64,000 nucleotides of DNA from an uncultured Smithella sp. (GCA_964608995.1 CAZSQS010000009.1:2039-66038); one strand, 5' to 3'. Positions 1 through 9,427 are shown, counted from the first letter of the stretch. Numbers and translations: made by a program. The notes: generated by a model not told the origin, from the letters alone.

Positions 1-206
1 TGATCCAACTTGCTGAATTAAAATGGAAATAACCAACAATGCCGTGGTATGGCCAGGCCTTTCATTATTCAATAAAGGACACAACTGTCCTAAAGTGAGA
101 CAACATGGGACAAAAAAAGTAATGAGTGGCAAATGTGAGACACGTTAAATTTGTAGCAATGGCCGGACTTCTCTGTTGCCGAAGCTCCCGCGCACTTTAA
201 TCCTCA

Positions 207-299
207 TGGCGGAGAGTGGGGGATTCGTCCGGCATACGCCTTCGTGACGGTCTTTGCCCGTCAAACCCTTGGACCCGGCCAGTTGATCTTCGGTTTTAA
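207..299 (-). repeat. tRNA-Ser 3'-end-like trailer element, copy 1 (not a complete tRNA)
   Basis: Plus-strand 207-227 (tggcggagagtgggggattcg) is identical to the first 21 nt of the adjacent tRNA-Ser(CGA) gene at 300-320 (CCA end, acceptor 3' strand, half the T-arm). It then continues tccggcatacgcc...ccgtcaaaccct. There is no complementary 5' acceptor strand or T-stem partner, so no cloverleaf forms. About 62 nt are shared with copy 2. Confidence 0.6.
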
Positions 300-393
300 T
301 GGCGGAGAGTGGGGGATTCGAACCCCCGTAGGAGCTTGTGGCCCCTAAATCGATTTCGAGTCGATCCCGTTACGACCACTTCGGTAACTCTCC
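300..393 (-). tRNA. tRNA-Ser (anticodon CGA), 94 nt with encoded CCA
   Basis: The reverse complement reads GGAGAGT...ACTCTCC-G-CCA, a 7-bp acceptor stem. It has a T-arm GGGGGTTCGAATCCCCC, an anticodon loop CTCGAAA in stem CGA/TCG, and the long variable arm typical of class II Ser tRNA. Confidence 0.9.
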
Positions 394-407
394 GCATGAT
401 GATAAAC

Positions 408-499
408 TGGCGGAGAGCGGGGGATTCGTCCGGCATACGCCGGATGATGGTCTTCGACCGTCAAACCCTGCAACTCAGCCATATAAAGAACGGTTATAA
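408..499 (-). repeat. tRNA-Ser 3'-end-like trailer element, copy 2
   Basis: Plus-strand 408-428 (tggcggagagcgggggattcg) matches the 3' end of tRNA-Ser(GGA) at 500-520 in 20 of 21 nt. It then carries the same tccggcatacgcc and ccgtcaaaccct core as copy 1. No cloverleaf is possible. Confidence 0.6.
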
Positions 500-593
<94 letters not shown>

Positions 594-596
594 GCG

Positions 597-1070
597 TCAT
601 GATGATGACGAATCGGCTCTTACCCTCTTTTCCCTAAAAAATCTACTCAAAATTTCGCTGCATTGTGGCTGTAAGACGCCTTCCGTGATTTCCACCCGGT
701 GGTTGAGCCGGTCATCGCTTAGCAATTGATAAAGAGATGTCACCGCGCCGCTTTTCGGGTCGCGCGCGCCGAAAACCACACGCGACAGGCGCGACAGGAC
801 AATGACGCCGGCGCACATGGCGCAGGGTTCCAGTGTGACAAAAAGCTCCGCCCCGTTCAGGCGGTAATTGCCGGTTTTTTGCGCTGCGAGGCGAATGGCC
901 AGCATCTCGGCATGCGCGGATGGATCGTCCGATGCAATGGGTGCGTTATGCGCCCGCGCTAGGATCATCCCGTTTTGCGCGACGACGGCGCCCACGGGAA
1001 CTTCGTCGAGCTGATAAGCTTTCCGGGCTTCTTCCAGGGCAATTTCCATCAGACAGGTATCTGTGAGCAT
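597..1070 (-). CDS. tadA: tRNA-specific adenosine deaminase
   Basis: Carries the CDA-fold zinc motifs HAEMLAI and PCAMCAG. I moved the start from the ORF-track start (1220) to the ATG at 1068-1070 (MLTDTCLMEIALEEA...), which gives a typical length of about 157 aa. The stop lies 3 nt from the 5' end of tRNA-Ser(GGA). Confidence 0.85.
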   Translation of the reverse strand: MLTDTCLMEIALEEARKAYQLDEVPVGAVVAQNGMILARAHNAPIASDDPSAHAEMLAIRLAAQKTGNYRLNGAELFVTLEPCAMCAGVIVLSRLSRVVFGARDPKSGAVTSLYQLLSDDRLNHRVEITEGVLQPQCSEILSRFFREKRVRADSSSS

Positions 1071-1134
1071 GCGTGTGCCTCTTGTGGCGTCGTTTGAGAT
1101 TTTTTGAGTTATCATATTGTTGATTTTGAGGCAA

Positions 1135-1722
1135 ATGCCGTATATGATCTTGGCCATGTACTCAAAGAAATTATTTTTGTGGCCTGTTTTAATCTCCATT
1201 ATCGGGCATATTGCGCTCATTGCGATCAGCAGTATGGTTGATCTGCGTGAAAATTTGAGGGCGGAAGAAATTTTTACGGTGGGGCTTGCCCAGTATGATC
1301 CCCTGTTTGATATGCCAGCCGAAGAGGAAAATGGCGTAGAAAAAGAAGACCCAAAACCCCCGGAAGATGAACAGGAAAGCCCGGCTGAGGCTCAACGCGA
1401 GGATACGGTCAATATCGGCTCCATGGATATCAAATATGCGTCGTATCTGGCCTCGGTGAAAAAAAAGATTACCCGTGTGTGGCGGTATCCGGCTGCGGCT
1501 TATACAAAAAGTGAAGAAGGGGTGGTTCTGATCAAATTTACAATAGAAGCCGACGGCTCGCTATCCAAAACACTGCTGAGTTCTTCTTCCGGTTTTAACA
1601 GTCTGGATCTTGCAACGCTCGATGTCGTCCGTTATGCCGCGCCTTTCCGGCCACTGCCGTCAGAGTACCACCTGACCCGGCTGCACATCGTGGCCTCCTT
1701 CAACTACCGGATGAAACCCTAG
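1135..1722 (+). CDS. TonB-family protein (C-terminal TonB domain)
   Basis: Has an N-terminal TM helix (LFLWPVLISIIGHIALIAI), an acidic Pro/Glu linker (EDPKPPEDEQESPAE), and a C-terminal TonB-like fold (YPAAAYTKSEEGVVLIKFTIEADGS...). The start is uncertain: TTG 1117, ATG 1135 or ATG 1156. Confidence 0.7.
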   Translation: MPYMILAMYSKKLFLWPVLISIIGHIALIAISSMVDLRENLRAEEIFTVGLAQYDPLFDMPAEEENGVEKEDPKPPEDEQESPAEAQREDTVNIGSMDIKYASYLASVKKKITRVWRYPAAAYTKSEEGVVLIKFTIEADGSLSKTLLSSSSGFNSLDLATLDVVRYAAPFRPLPSEYHLTRLHIVASFNYRMKP

Positions 1723-1723
1723 C

Positions 1724-1762
1724 GCGCCGACCCGGTAAGCGCGCGAATCCGGCGCTTTGTTT
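1724..1762 (+). terminator. possible intrinsic terminator after the TonB-like gene
   Basis: Stem gcgccg (1724-1729) pairs with cggcgc (1750-1755) and is followed by tttgttt. The loop is long, so this is a weak call. Confidence 0.35.
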
Positions 1763-1778
1763 GGGTGCGAGCGTCCAC

Positions 1779-3380
1779 TTATTTTTTTTGCAGCTGATCC
1801 ATCGCGGCAACAAGCCGGCTTAGCCTGTCCACCAGGTCCTCCTGTTCGGCAGTGGGCAGAGTTTGAAACGTCGCCATGTCGAAGGCTTCAAATTTTTCTC
1901 TCAATCTGGCCACAATCGGCGCCGGATTGATCCGTTCGGTTGTTTGTCCGGCAGGCCGCACGACTTCGGTCTTTTCGCCCGGCGTCAGAAGGATTTCTTC
2001 TAAATACTCAGGGATTTCCACGGCTAACCCGAATTTTTCCCGAATCAATGATGCCAGCGTCTCCTGCGCGGAATTTTCACCGTGCACGAGATAAACGCCC
2101 ATTTTCGGATTTTGAAAAGAGGCCAGCCAGTCGAGAAGCTGTGTCTGCCCGGCATGGGCGGAAAATCCATTGATGGTGAAAATTTTCGCCGCAATGGCAA
2201 TGTCTTCGTTAAAAATGCGGATTCTGTTTGCGCCATCCACAATCTTCCGGCCGTTGGTTCCCTGCGCCTGGAATCCGACAAACACCACGCTTGCGCCCGC
2301 TCGCCACAAATTATGCCGCAGATGGTGCAGGATGCGTCCCGCGTTGGCCATGCCGCTTGCGGAAATGACAATGGCCGGCTCGGCGGTTTCGTTGATACGA
2401 ACTGATTCTGCCGTAGAAGAGGTGAAGCGCAATTGCGGCAATTTCAGGGGATTTTCACCTTTTTCCAGGAGCGCCTGCATGTCGGCGTCCATATGGGCGC
2501 TGTGGCGGCGGAAAATTTCCGTGGCCTTGATCGCCAGAGGGCTGTCCAGATAGATCGGCATATCTTTGGGCAGACGGCCGTCTTTGGATAAAAGATGCAG
2601 GGAATAGAGAATTTCCTGCGTCCGTTCAACAGCAAAGGCGGGAATGATGACCTTTTCGCGATTTTTGTAACTGTAGGCGATGGCCTGGGCCAATTCATCG
2701 ATGCTTTCGGATTCGCCCTTGTGATTGCGGTTGCCGTAAGTCGATTCCATAAAAAGGTAATCCGCGTCGGCAAGCTCTGTCGGATCTTTCATCAATAATT
2801 GGTTTGGCCGTCCGATATCGCCGGAAAAAACCAGTTTCAGTCTCTTTCCCTTTTCCTCGATAAAAAGCTCCACGATCGCTGAGCCCAGAATATGTCCCGC
2901 ATCCTGAAACTGGATTTGAATGCCTTCTGCGGGAGAGAAAAATTTTCCATACGGCTTGGCCGAAATTTTCGGCAGCACGGCCTGGGCGTCCTCAAGCGTA
3001 TAAAGCGCAACGGCGTCGGCCTTTGCCCCGGCGCGCAGCATCCGCTTGTTTTTACCCGAGGCGTCTGTTTCCTGAATATGCGCGCTGTCCAGAAGCAGGA
3101 TGCCCAGTAAATCCTTAGTCGGCTCCGTGGTATAAATTGGCCCGGAAAAACCATAATGGCCCATGCGGGGCAAAAGGCCGGTGTGATCAATGTGCGCGTG
3201 CGTAATAACGATAAAATCCAGATGCTTCGGATCATAAGGCTCAATGGCCCAGTTGCGCTTTTCAATCTGCGATGATCCCTGATGCATGCCGCAGTCGATG
3301 GCAAAACGGACTTTATCTGTCTCAATGACGAAACAGGAACCCGTCACCGTTTGGGCGGCCCCGAGAAATTTAATTTTCAT
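1779..3380 (-). CDS. MBL-fold / beta-CASP family hydrolase (RNA-processing nuclease-like)
   Basis: 533 aa. Carries the metallo-beta-lactamase motif ITHAHIDHTG, a beta-CASP-like middle region (ESTYG..., GFSAHAGQTQLLDWL) and a C-terminal extension. Confidence 0.75.
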   Translation of the reverse strand: MKIKFLGAAQTVTGSCFVIETDKVRFAIDCGMHQGSSQIEKRNWAIEPYDPKHLDFIVITHAHIDHTGLLPRMGHYGFSGPIYTTEPTKDLLGILLLDSAHIQETDASGKNKRMLRAGAKADAVALYTLEDAQAVLPKISAKPYGKFFSPAEGIQIQFQDAGHILGSAIVELFIEEKGKRLKLVFSGDIGRPNQLLMKDPTELADADYLFMESTYGNRNHKGESESIDELAQAIAYSYKNREKVIIPAFAVERTQEILYSLHLLSKDGRLPKDMPIYLDSPLAIKATEIFRRHSAHMDADMQALLEKGENPLKLPQLRFTSSTAESVRINETAEPAIVISASGMANAGRILHHLRHNLWRAGASVVFVGFQAQGTNGRKIVDGANRIRIFNEDIAIAAKIFTINGFSAHAGQTQLLDWLASFQNPKMGVYLVHGENSAQETLASLIREKFGLAVEIPEYLEEILLTPGEKTEVVRPAGQTTERINPAPIVARLREKFEAFDMATFQTLPTAEQEDLVDRLSRLVAAMDQLQKK

Positions 3381-3485
3381 GTAAAATCCTTAAATAATAG
3401 TTAGGATGTTGGCTATGGGCTGGAAACTTTACTAAGCATCTCCTATTGCCCCTTGCCTATCGCCCATAGCCTATTGACTGATCTT

Positions 3486-3590
3486 TTATTCTTTCCCTGA
3501 TTTTTTTAATTTTTTAGCTTCTTTTTTTTCTTTGGCGGTCTTGGCTGGTTTCTTTTTGTCATCTTTTTTAACATCTTTTGATTTCGACAT
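3486..3590 (-). CDS. 34-aa lysine-rich small protein (too short for the ORF track)
   Basis: The minus strand reads ATG TCG AAA ... TAA and translates to MSKSKDVKKDDKKKPAKTAKEKKEAKKLKKSGKE. A strong Shine-Dalgarno (AAGGAGGAAAGCC) sits directly upstream of the ATG (plus strand 3591-3606 ggctttcctcctta). Confidence 0.45.
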   Translation of the reverse strand: MSKSKDVKKDDKKKPAKTAKEKKEAKKLKKSGKE

Positions 3591-3655
3591 GGCTTTCCTC
3601 CTTATTGTCCTTACAGTGTGTTTTTAATTCGCCACAGGGGGCCCATTCATTTGCG

Positions 3656-4336
3656 TTACATCTTTCCTTCGCTAAGCAGGCTTCTTTCGATATCCAAAAC
3701 AGCCCTGCCCAGCGATGCTTCGATGGTTTTGTCGTCGAGGCGGAACTCAACGCTGACGTATTGCATATTCCGGTTGATCGCGGACATTTCCGGTTCACGA
3801 ACATTGCGAACAACTGCATCTATATTAAATGAGGCATTGCCGATAATCAATTTAAAATTGACCCGGTCACCCGTTTGAAAGAAATTGCGCCTGGGAAACG
3901 AAAATTTTGCCCCGCCGAGAGAAATATCGATCAGTGTGACTTTTTGTTCTTGCAGAAAGAGGGAAAGATCTGCGCTGGAAGGCGGCTTGACCCGGAAATA
4001 CATGCGAAAATCCGTCGGTTCGAGCTCGCCGGTTTTCTTGATTAAAAGCGCCGTAACCGGATTTCCCGCCGACATTTCATAATGATCATTGATTTCGAGA
4101 ATTTTGGCTGGAAAACCGAAACGCAAGATTCGCTGGTCGGATTTAACCAGAAAAGTGACCACGACCTGTCGATTGAGAAATTGATCGGTAAGCGCCGGCG
4201 ATGTTTGTGATATCGTGATGATATTTTTATCGCGCTCATAGACGACCGCTTTCATATAATGGGCATTGGGCTGATTGCGTTCGTTGGCAAAAACTATATC
4301 GAGCGGCATGCCGGCTTTAATCTCAGGTTTTTGCAT
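3656..4336 (-). CDS. PilZ-domain c-di-GMP binding protein (YcgR-like two-domain layout)
   Basis: 226 aa. The C-terminal half carries the PilZ signatures RMYFR (RxxxR) and DISLGG (DxSxxG). Confidence 0.75.
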   Translation of the reverse strand: MQKPEIKAGMPLDIVFANERNQPNAHYMKAVVYERDKNIITISQTSPALTDQFLNRQVVVTFLVKSDQRILRFGFPAKILEINDHYEMSAGNPVTALLIKKTGELEPTDFRMYFRVKPPSSADLSLFLQEQKVTLIDISLGGAKFSFPRRNFFQTGDRVNFKLIIGNASFNIDAVVRNVREPEMSAINRNMQYVSVEFRLDDKTIEASLGRAVLDIERSLLSEGKM

Positions 4337-4501
4337 GAAATAAAGTCCGTTTCCTCAGTGACCTTAATGTTTATTGATGTCATAGCAAAATAGATTGAAA
4401 AAAAAAAGGCAAATGATAGCGGGAAAATTGGACAGCATCATTTCTTTTAGTGTGTCAAATACAACACGCCCGTGGTGATTTTTAGAAATCATAAGCCATT
4501 T

Positions 4502-4517
4502 TGTGATTTATATCACA
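4502..4517. promoter_or_regulatory. perfect TGTGA-N6-TCACA palindrome (CRP/FNR-type or enhancer-binding-protein site)
   Basis: tgtgatttatatcaca lies about 200 bp upstream of the sigma54 promoter at 4706, within a 590-bp AT-rich intergenic region. Confidence 0.4.
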
Positions 4518-4705
4518 TTTGATGAGGTAAAAAATAAGACAGGGTGTGTGTTGAATATACCACGTGCGTTAAGCGGGTTGGAAGTGATAATTCTTAATAA
4601 ATTCAAAGTTTAAAAGTGTATCTTGGCAAAATTTGTCAACTCGCGGAGAAATTTATACACGGTTGTATCGAATCAATTTATACAAATTTAAATAATCTTA
4701 CAAAA

Positions 4706-4721
4706 TGGCACTTGTATTGCT
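4706..4721 (+). promoter_or_regulatory. sigma54 (-24/-12) promoter upstream of the porin gene
   Basis: TGGCAC-ttgta-TTGCT matches the consensus TGGCAC-N5-TTGCW exactly. It lies about 205 nt upstream of the ATG at 4928. Confidence 0.65.
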
Positions 4722-4767
4722 AGTCATGAGGCAAGCGAAACGCACGGAACCGTCCGGGAAAAAAATC

Positions 4768-4797
4768 TTGACAAGCCCGGTGGCACGATGCTAGTTT
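4768..4797 (+). promoter_or_regulatory. candidate sigma70 promoter upstream of the porin gene
   Basis: TTGACA (4768-4773), a 17-18 nt spacer, then ctagtt/tagttt. The -10 element is weak. Confidence 0.3.
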
Positions 4798-4927
4798 TCG
4801 CGCCGTGTATTGAGCCTTGCAAGGCAAAAATACACAAAGCTTTTGGAAGCGCCTTGAATTTGAGATGCCCGTTTCGAAAACAAGGCGGAAACCGTCCAAC
4901 CCTATAGAAACTTTTTAGGAGGAGAAA

Positions 4928-6295
4928 ATGAAGAGATTTTGGTTAGTTTTGCTGGCACTGGGGTTAATCGCAGCCTTCAGTACGCAAGCGATGGCCGTTG
5001 ACCTGAAATGGTCCGGCGAGTATTATGCGGCAGGAATGTACATGGACAGAACCAACTTGATTAAAGATGGTTCACCCAGCACCGCTTTTTATTTTCAGAG
5101 ACTGCGCCTGAACACGACCTTCATCGTGCATCCGGGCCTGTTTTTGATTGCCCGCGCCGACGTGATGGAAAGAGCCTGGGGCGCCAACAGAAGTGTTCCC
5201 AATGCGGCTCTTGACTCGTTGTCTGCTGGCACCAGAGCTGAAAACGAAAATATCGCTTTTGATTTGCTCTATGCCGTTTACATTTCCCCGATCGGCATCA
5301 TCCAGGCTGGTTACCAGATCGATGGCGCTTGGGGTACCGTGTTTGGTGACAACAGCACTCCCACGGGTAAAGTTGGCTACACCTTCCGTGGCGGTCCTGT
5401 TACATTGGGCGTTCAGACCGGCAAGAGCAATGGTGGCGAAAATAGCCGCACCGCTATTAACGCAACGAATGCATCTGACAGAGACAACAGCTTTTACACT
5501 GCTTTTGGCGTTTTCGCTTGGAAAACGGGTCAGGCTGGTTTTCTGGTAAAGCACTTCATCAATAAAGGTGCCAGAGGCGCCGTCGACCCGGTTTTCGGTG
5601 CGCTGCCTTGGGATAACAGCACGAAAGTTACGGCATTTTTGCCCTATGTGAAAGCACAGTTGGGTCCCGTTGCAGTTCAGGCAGAATTGAACTACCTCTA
5701 TGGTGCAGTGAAGTGGGAAACCCCCGGTGATGCCACTGCTCGCGCTTTCATCCAGACGGATGAAGTAAAAGTTGGGCAGCTGTCGGCATGGATTGATGCA
5801 CTGGCCGATTTCGGTATGTTCTATGCTGGCGGTTCGCTGGCTTATGTATCCGGCGATGACTTCAGCACAAGAGATAAGGCTGAAGGTGGAAGCCTCAACG
5901 GTGGTTTGGACTGGAATCCCTGCTTGATCATGTTCAACGCTGATCGTAATTACTGGGCAGGTGGTTTGGCTGGCGCCAATGGCGCAAACATCAATGCCCC
6001 GATGAACAACGCTTACTTCGTGCAGGTGCGCGGTGGTGTTCGTCCGATTGAAAAACTCGACATCGGCATGTCCGTTTCTTATGCTCACGCCGACAAGACC
6101 CTTTCCGCTCAGTGGGAAGGCAGAGACTATGGTTACGAAGTTGACCTGACCGGTACCTACAAGATCACCAACAACCTGTCCTATATGCTGGGCGGCGGTT
6201 ATCTGTTCACCGGCAAGTTCCTCAAAGGCATCTCCGGAACGCCTGAACTCGAGAACAACTTCCTGATCATCAACAAACTGACGGTGACCTTCTAG
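4928..6295 (+). CDS. outer-membrane beta-barrel porin-like protein
   Basis: Has a signal peptide MKRFWLVLLALGLIAAFSTQAMA, a Gly/aromatic-rich alternating pattern, and the C-terminal sequence ...NKLTVTF with terminal Phe. A strong RBS (aggagg) sits before the ATG. Confidence 0.75.
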   Translation: MKRFWLVLLALGLIAAFSTQAMAVDLKWSGEYYAAGMYMDRTNLIKDGSPSTAFYFQRLRLNTTFIVHPGLFLIARADVMERAWGANRSVPNAALDSLSAGTRAENENIAFDLLYAVYISPIGIIQAGYQIDGAWGTVFGDNSTPTGKVGYTFRGGPVTLGVQTGKSNGGENSRTAINATNASDRDNSFYTAFGVFAWKTGQAGFLVKHFINKGARGAVDPVFGALPWDNSTKVTAFLPYVKAQLGPVAVQAELNYLYGAVKWETPGDATARAFIQTDEVKVGQLSAWIDALADFGMFYAGGSLAYVSGDDFSTRDKAEGGSLNGGLDWNPCLIMFNADRNYWAGGLAGANGANINAPMNNAYFVQVRGGVRPIEKLDIGMSVSYAHADKTLSAQWEGRDYGYEVDLTGTYKITNNLSYMLGGGYLFTGKFLKGISGTPELENNFLIINKLTVTF

Positions 6296-6332
6296 TTTGT
6301 AATTCCTAGACGGTTCGTCTGTTAGAAAAATT

Positions 6333-6363
6333 AAGCCCGGCGTTAAAACGCCGGGCTTTTTTT
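6333..6363 (+). terminator. rho-independent terminator after the porin gene
   Basis: aagcccggcg-ttaaaa-cgccgggctt forms a perfect 10-bp stem followed by a T7 run. Confidence 0.85.
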
Positions 6364-6445
6364 AGCCAAATTTCCGATCCGTCATTTTGGTTGATTTATT
6401 AGAGCAAATGCGATTTAAGTCCCATAAAAAATAAGGACTCGTTCC

Positions 6446-7831
6446 ATGCCGATTGGTTACTACAGCACGAATCGATATTTGAAGGCCGGCTCAGGCATTG
6501 AGCCCTTTACCGGGAAGGTTTCTTTTAAAGAAGCACTCCTGGCCGGTCAGGCGCCCGATGAAGGGCTGTTCATGCCGGAGAGCCTTCCGAAACTTTCCAT
6601 GACGGACATTATCGCACTTCGCGACAAGCCCTACTGGCAGGCGGCGCTTCTGGTTGCGCGGGCATTTCTTCGGGACGAATTTTCAGACGAGGTCCTGCAA
6701 TCCGTTGTCCGCGACGCCTACACCTACCCCGTGCCGCTGGAGGCGGTGTATCCGCGCGCGTTTATCCTGCGGCTTGATCAGGGGCCGACGGCCTCCTTTA
6801 AGGATTTCGCTGCGCGCATGATGGCCAGACTCATGAGCCACTGCCGTCCCGAAGGAGAGAGGCTCAATATTCTCGTGGCGACCTCCGGCGATACGGGAAG
6901 CGCTGTGGGCGAAGCGTATAAAGGTGTTCAGGGAATTGACGTGACCATTTTATATCCAGCCCTTGAAGTGAGTCTGATGCAGAAAAAACAACTGGACACC
7001 ATCGGCGGCAACGTTCAGGCGCTCTGCGTGAACGGGAAATTCGACGATTGCCAGAATCTGGTTAAAGAAGCGTTTGCCGATAAGGCCCTGAACGGGTTTA
7101 ATCTGTCTTCAGCCAATTCGATTAATTTCGGCCGTATCCTGCCTCAGATGGTCTATTACATTTATGCCTACGCGCAGCTGGCAGGCGCGGATGAAGAAAT
7201 TCTTATTTCGGTTCCTTCCGGAAATTTTGGCAACGCCCTGGGCTGCGAATACGCCAGACGCATGGGCTTGCCCGTCGGGAAGCTCATCATGCCTACCAAT
7301 GAAAACGATGAATTCCCTATTTTTCTGGAAACCGGCCACTATGCCAAGGTGTCGCCGTCGCGCGCTTGTATTTCCAACGCCATGAATGTGGGCCACCCCA
7401 GCAATCTGGCGCGCTTTTTTGATCTTTACGGCGGAACGGTTGACCGCACGGGTCAAGTTCACCGCGCGCCGGATTTAAGCGAGATGAAGAAACACATTTT
7501 TTCGGTGAGCGTAAGCGACGATCTGACCCGCCGGACGATTAAGAAGGTTTATGACAACTACCGTGTTGTGCTGGAGCCGCACGGTGCGGTCGGCTGGGCC
7601 GGACTTGAGGCTTACCTGGCCCAAAGCGGCGACACGCGGCTGGCCGTGTGTCTGGAAACCGCACATCCCGCGAAGTTTCCCGAAGAAATCAATCATCTGC
7701 TGGGAATCCATCCCGAACCGCCGGAGAGCATGAAAGATCTTGCCTCGCGAAAAGGGGACGCCATCAGCCTTCCGGGGAATTATGCCGCTTTTAAAAAGTA
7801 TCTGCTGGCGCATTTGAAGATCCGCGAATAA
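6446..7831 (+). CDS. thrC: threonine synthase
   Basis: 461 aa with the PLP-lysine motif GPTASFKDFA and the glycine-rich SGDTGSA / SGNFGNA segments typical of ThrC. Confidence 0.85.
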   Translation: MPIGYYSTNRYLKAGSGIEPFTGKVSFKEALLAGQAPDEGLFMPESLPKLSMTDIIALRDKPYWQAALLVARAFLRDEFSDEVLQSVVRDAYTYPVPLEAVYPRAFILRLDQGPTASFKDFAARMMARLMSHCRPEGERLNILVATSGDTGSAVGEAYKGVQGIDVTILYPALEVSLMQKKQLDTIGGNVQALCVNGKFDDCQNLVKEAFADKALNGFNLSSANSINFGRILPQMVYYIYAYAQLAGADEEILISVPSGNFGNALGCEYARRMGLPVGKLIMPTNENDEFPIFLETGHYAKVSPSRACISNAMNVGHPSNLARFFDLYGGTVDRTGQVHRAPDLSEMKKHIFSVSVSDDLTRRTIKKVYDNYRVVLEPHGAVGWAGLEAYLAQSGDTRLAVCLETAHPAKFPEEINHLLGIHPEPPESMKDLASRKGDAISLPGNYAAFKKYLLAHLKIRE

Positions 7832-7945
7832 CCCCAGGATTTTTCGCGCCCACCTAAGGCTTTCGCACCCTTTTTCCCGACAATGCCGCTTGACTTACCG
7901 GCTAAAAAAATATAGTCAATTGGACTTTTAAAACGCGGAGAAATT

Positions 7946-9427
7946 ATGGAAGACAATGATCTTTTGAAGGTTCGCCTGGAAAAAATCGCAGCCTTGAGGG
8001 CAGCCGGGATTGATCTGTATCCCAATGACATAAAACCCAGCTCCACCACAGCGGACATCCTTGCCCGTTTCGAAGAGGCCGATGCCGATAAGCTGGCGGC
8101 GCTTACGGAAAAGTTTTCGATTGCGGGCCGCCTGATGGCGGTTCGAAACTTCGGCAAGGCGGCCTTTGTTCAAGTTCAGGACCGCAAAGGCCGCCTGCAG
8201 GGTTATATTGCCAAGAACATTCTCAGCGAAGGGGACTTTGCCCTGTTTAAAAAACTCGATGTCGGAGATATGGTTTGGGTTTCGGGCAAACTCTTTCGGA
8301 CGAAAACACAGGAACTCACGCTTGAAGTCGAATCGATCCGGCTGGCGGCCAAAGCGCTCCACCCGCTGCCGGAAAAGTGGCATGGGCTCACTGACGTGGA
8401 GACGCGCTACCGGCAGCGCCATCTGGATTTAATCGCCAACCCGGCCGTTAAAGAAATTTTTCAGCGCCGCAGTATGATTATCCGGTTAATCCGGCAGTTC
8501 ATGGACGGTCACGATTTTCTGGAAGTGGAAACGCCGATGATGCAGCCGCGCGCGGGAGGCGCCGCCGCCCGTCCGTTCAAAACGCATCACAACGCGCTCG
8601 ACTCGGATTTCTTTTTAAGGATTGCGCCCGAGCTTTACCTCAAGCGCCTGGTCACAGGCGGTCTCGAGCGTGTCTATGAGATCAACCGCAACTTCCGCAA
8701 TGAGGGCATTTCCACCTTTCACAATCCCGAATTCACGATGATGGAATTCTATCAAAGCTATGCCACCTATGAGGATTTGATGTCCTTGACGGAAGAGCTC
8801 TTTGGCTTTATTGCCCAGCGGATTTTTAACGGACTTAAGTTTCGCTATCAGGGCGTGGAGATTGACCTTGCGCCGCGGTGGCGAAGGCTGGCGGTTAAAG
8901 ACGCCCTGCTGGAAATCGCCGGCATGGCGCCTGAGGATTTGACAGATGTCGGGCGCGCGATTGACTTTGCCCGCAAATCCGGTTGCGACGTTAAGGAAAC
9001 AGACCCGCTGGGGAAAATCCTCATGGCGATCTTTGATGAGCGGGTGGAGAAAACACTGATTCAACCGACCTTCGTCACGCACTATCCGGTGGCCGTCTCG
9101 CCGCTTTCGCGCCGTTCCAACACAGATCCGGAAGTGGTGGATCGTTTCGAGCTCTACATCGCCGGGCGTGAAATTGCCAACGCCTTTTCCGAACTCAATG
9201 ACCCGGCCGACCAGCGTGGGCGGTTTATGGATCAGATCCGCCAGCGTGAAGCCGGCGATGACGAAGCGCATGAAATGGATGAGGATTACGTCCGCGCGCT
9301 GGAATATGCCATGCCGCCCACCGCTGGAGAAGGCATCGGCATTGACCGTCTGGTCATGCTTTTGACCGACTCGGCGTCTATCCGCGACGTGATTTTATTT
9401 CCTCTGCTTCGGACCAAACCCGAATAG
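7946..9427 (+). CDS. lysS: lysine--tRNA ligase (class II)
   Basis: 493 aa with an N-terminal OB-fold region and class II motifs (ELYLKRLVTGGLERVYEINRNFRNEG, ...GIGIDRLVMLL). Confidence 0.95.
   Translation: MEDNDLLKVRLEKIAALRAAGIDLYPNDIKPSSTTADILARFEEADADKLAALTEKFSIAGRLMAVRNFGKAAFVQVQDRKGRLQGYIAKNILSEGDFALFKKLDVGDMVWVSGKLFRTKTQELTLEVESIRLAAKALHPLPEKWHGLTDVETRYRQRHLDLIANPAVKEIFQRRSMIIRLIRQFMDGHDFLEVETPMMQPRAGGAAARPFKTHHNALDSDFFLRIAPELYLKRLVTGGLERVYEINRNFRNEGISTFHNPEFTMMEFYQSYATYEDLMSLTEELFGFIAQRIFNGLKFRYQGVEIDLAPRWRRLAVKDALLEIAGMAPEDLTDVGRAIDFARKSGCDVKETDPLGKILMAIFDERVEKTLIQPTFVTHYPVAVSPLSRRSNTDPEVVDRFELYIAGREIANAFSELNDPADQRGRFMDQIRQREAGDDEAHEMDEDYVRALEYAMPPTAGEGIGIDRLVMLLTDSASIRDVILFPLLRTKPE

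Noticed and set aside
3411-3471. A 10-bp inverted repeat, GGCTATGGGC ... GCCCATAGCC, with a 41-nt loop and ATAGG(C) direct repeats in the gap between the beta-CASP gene and the small K-rich ORF
   Set aside because: There is no U-tract so it is not an intrinsic terminator, the loop is too long for a confident RNA call, and I recognise no motif. It could be a regulator site, but I cannot support a specific claim.
4781-4797. A second sigma54-like string, TGGCACgatgcTAGTT, upstream of the porin
   Set aside because: The -24 half is perfect, but the -12 element reads TAGT instead of TTGC. The overlapping TTGACA-N17/18 sigma70-like arrangement explains the sequence better.
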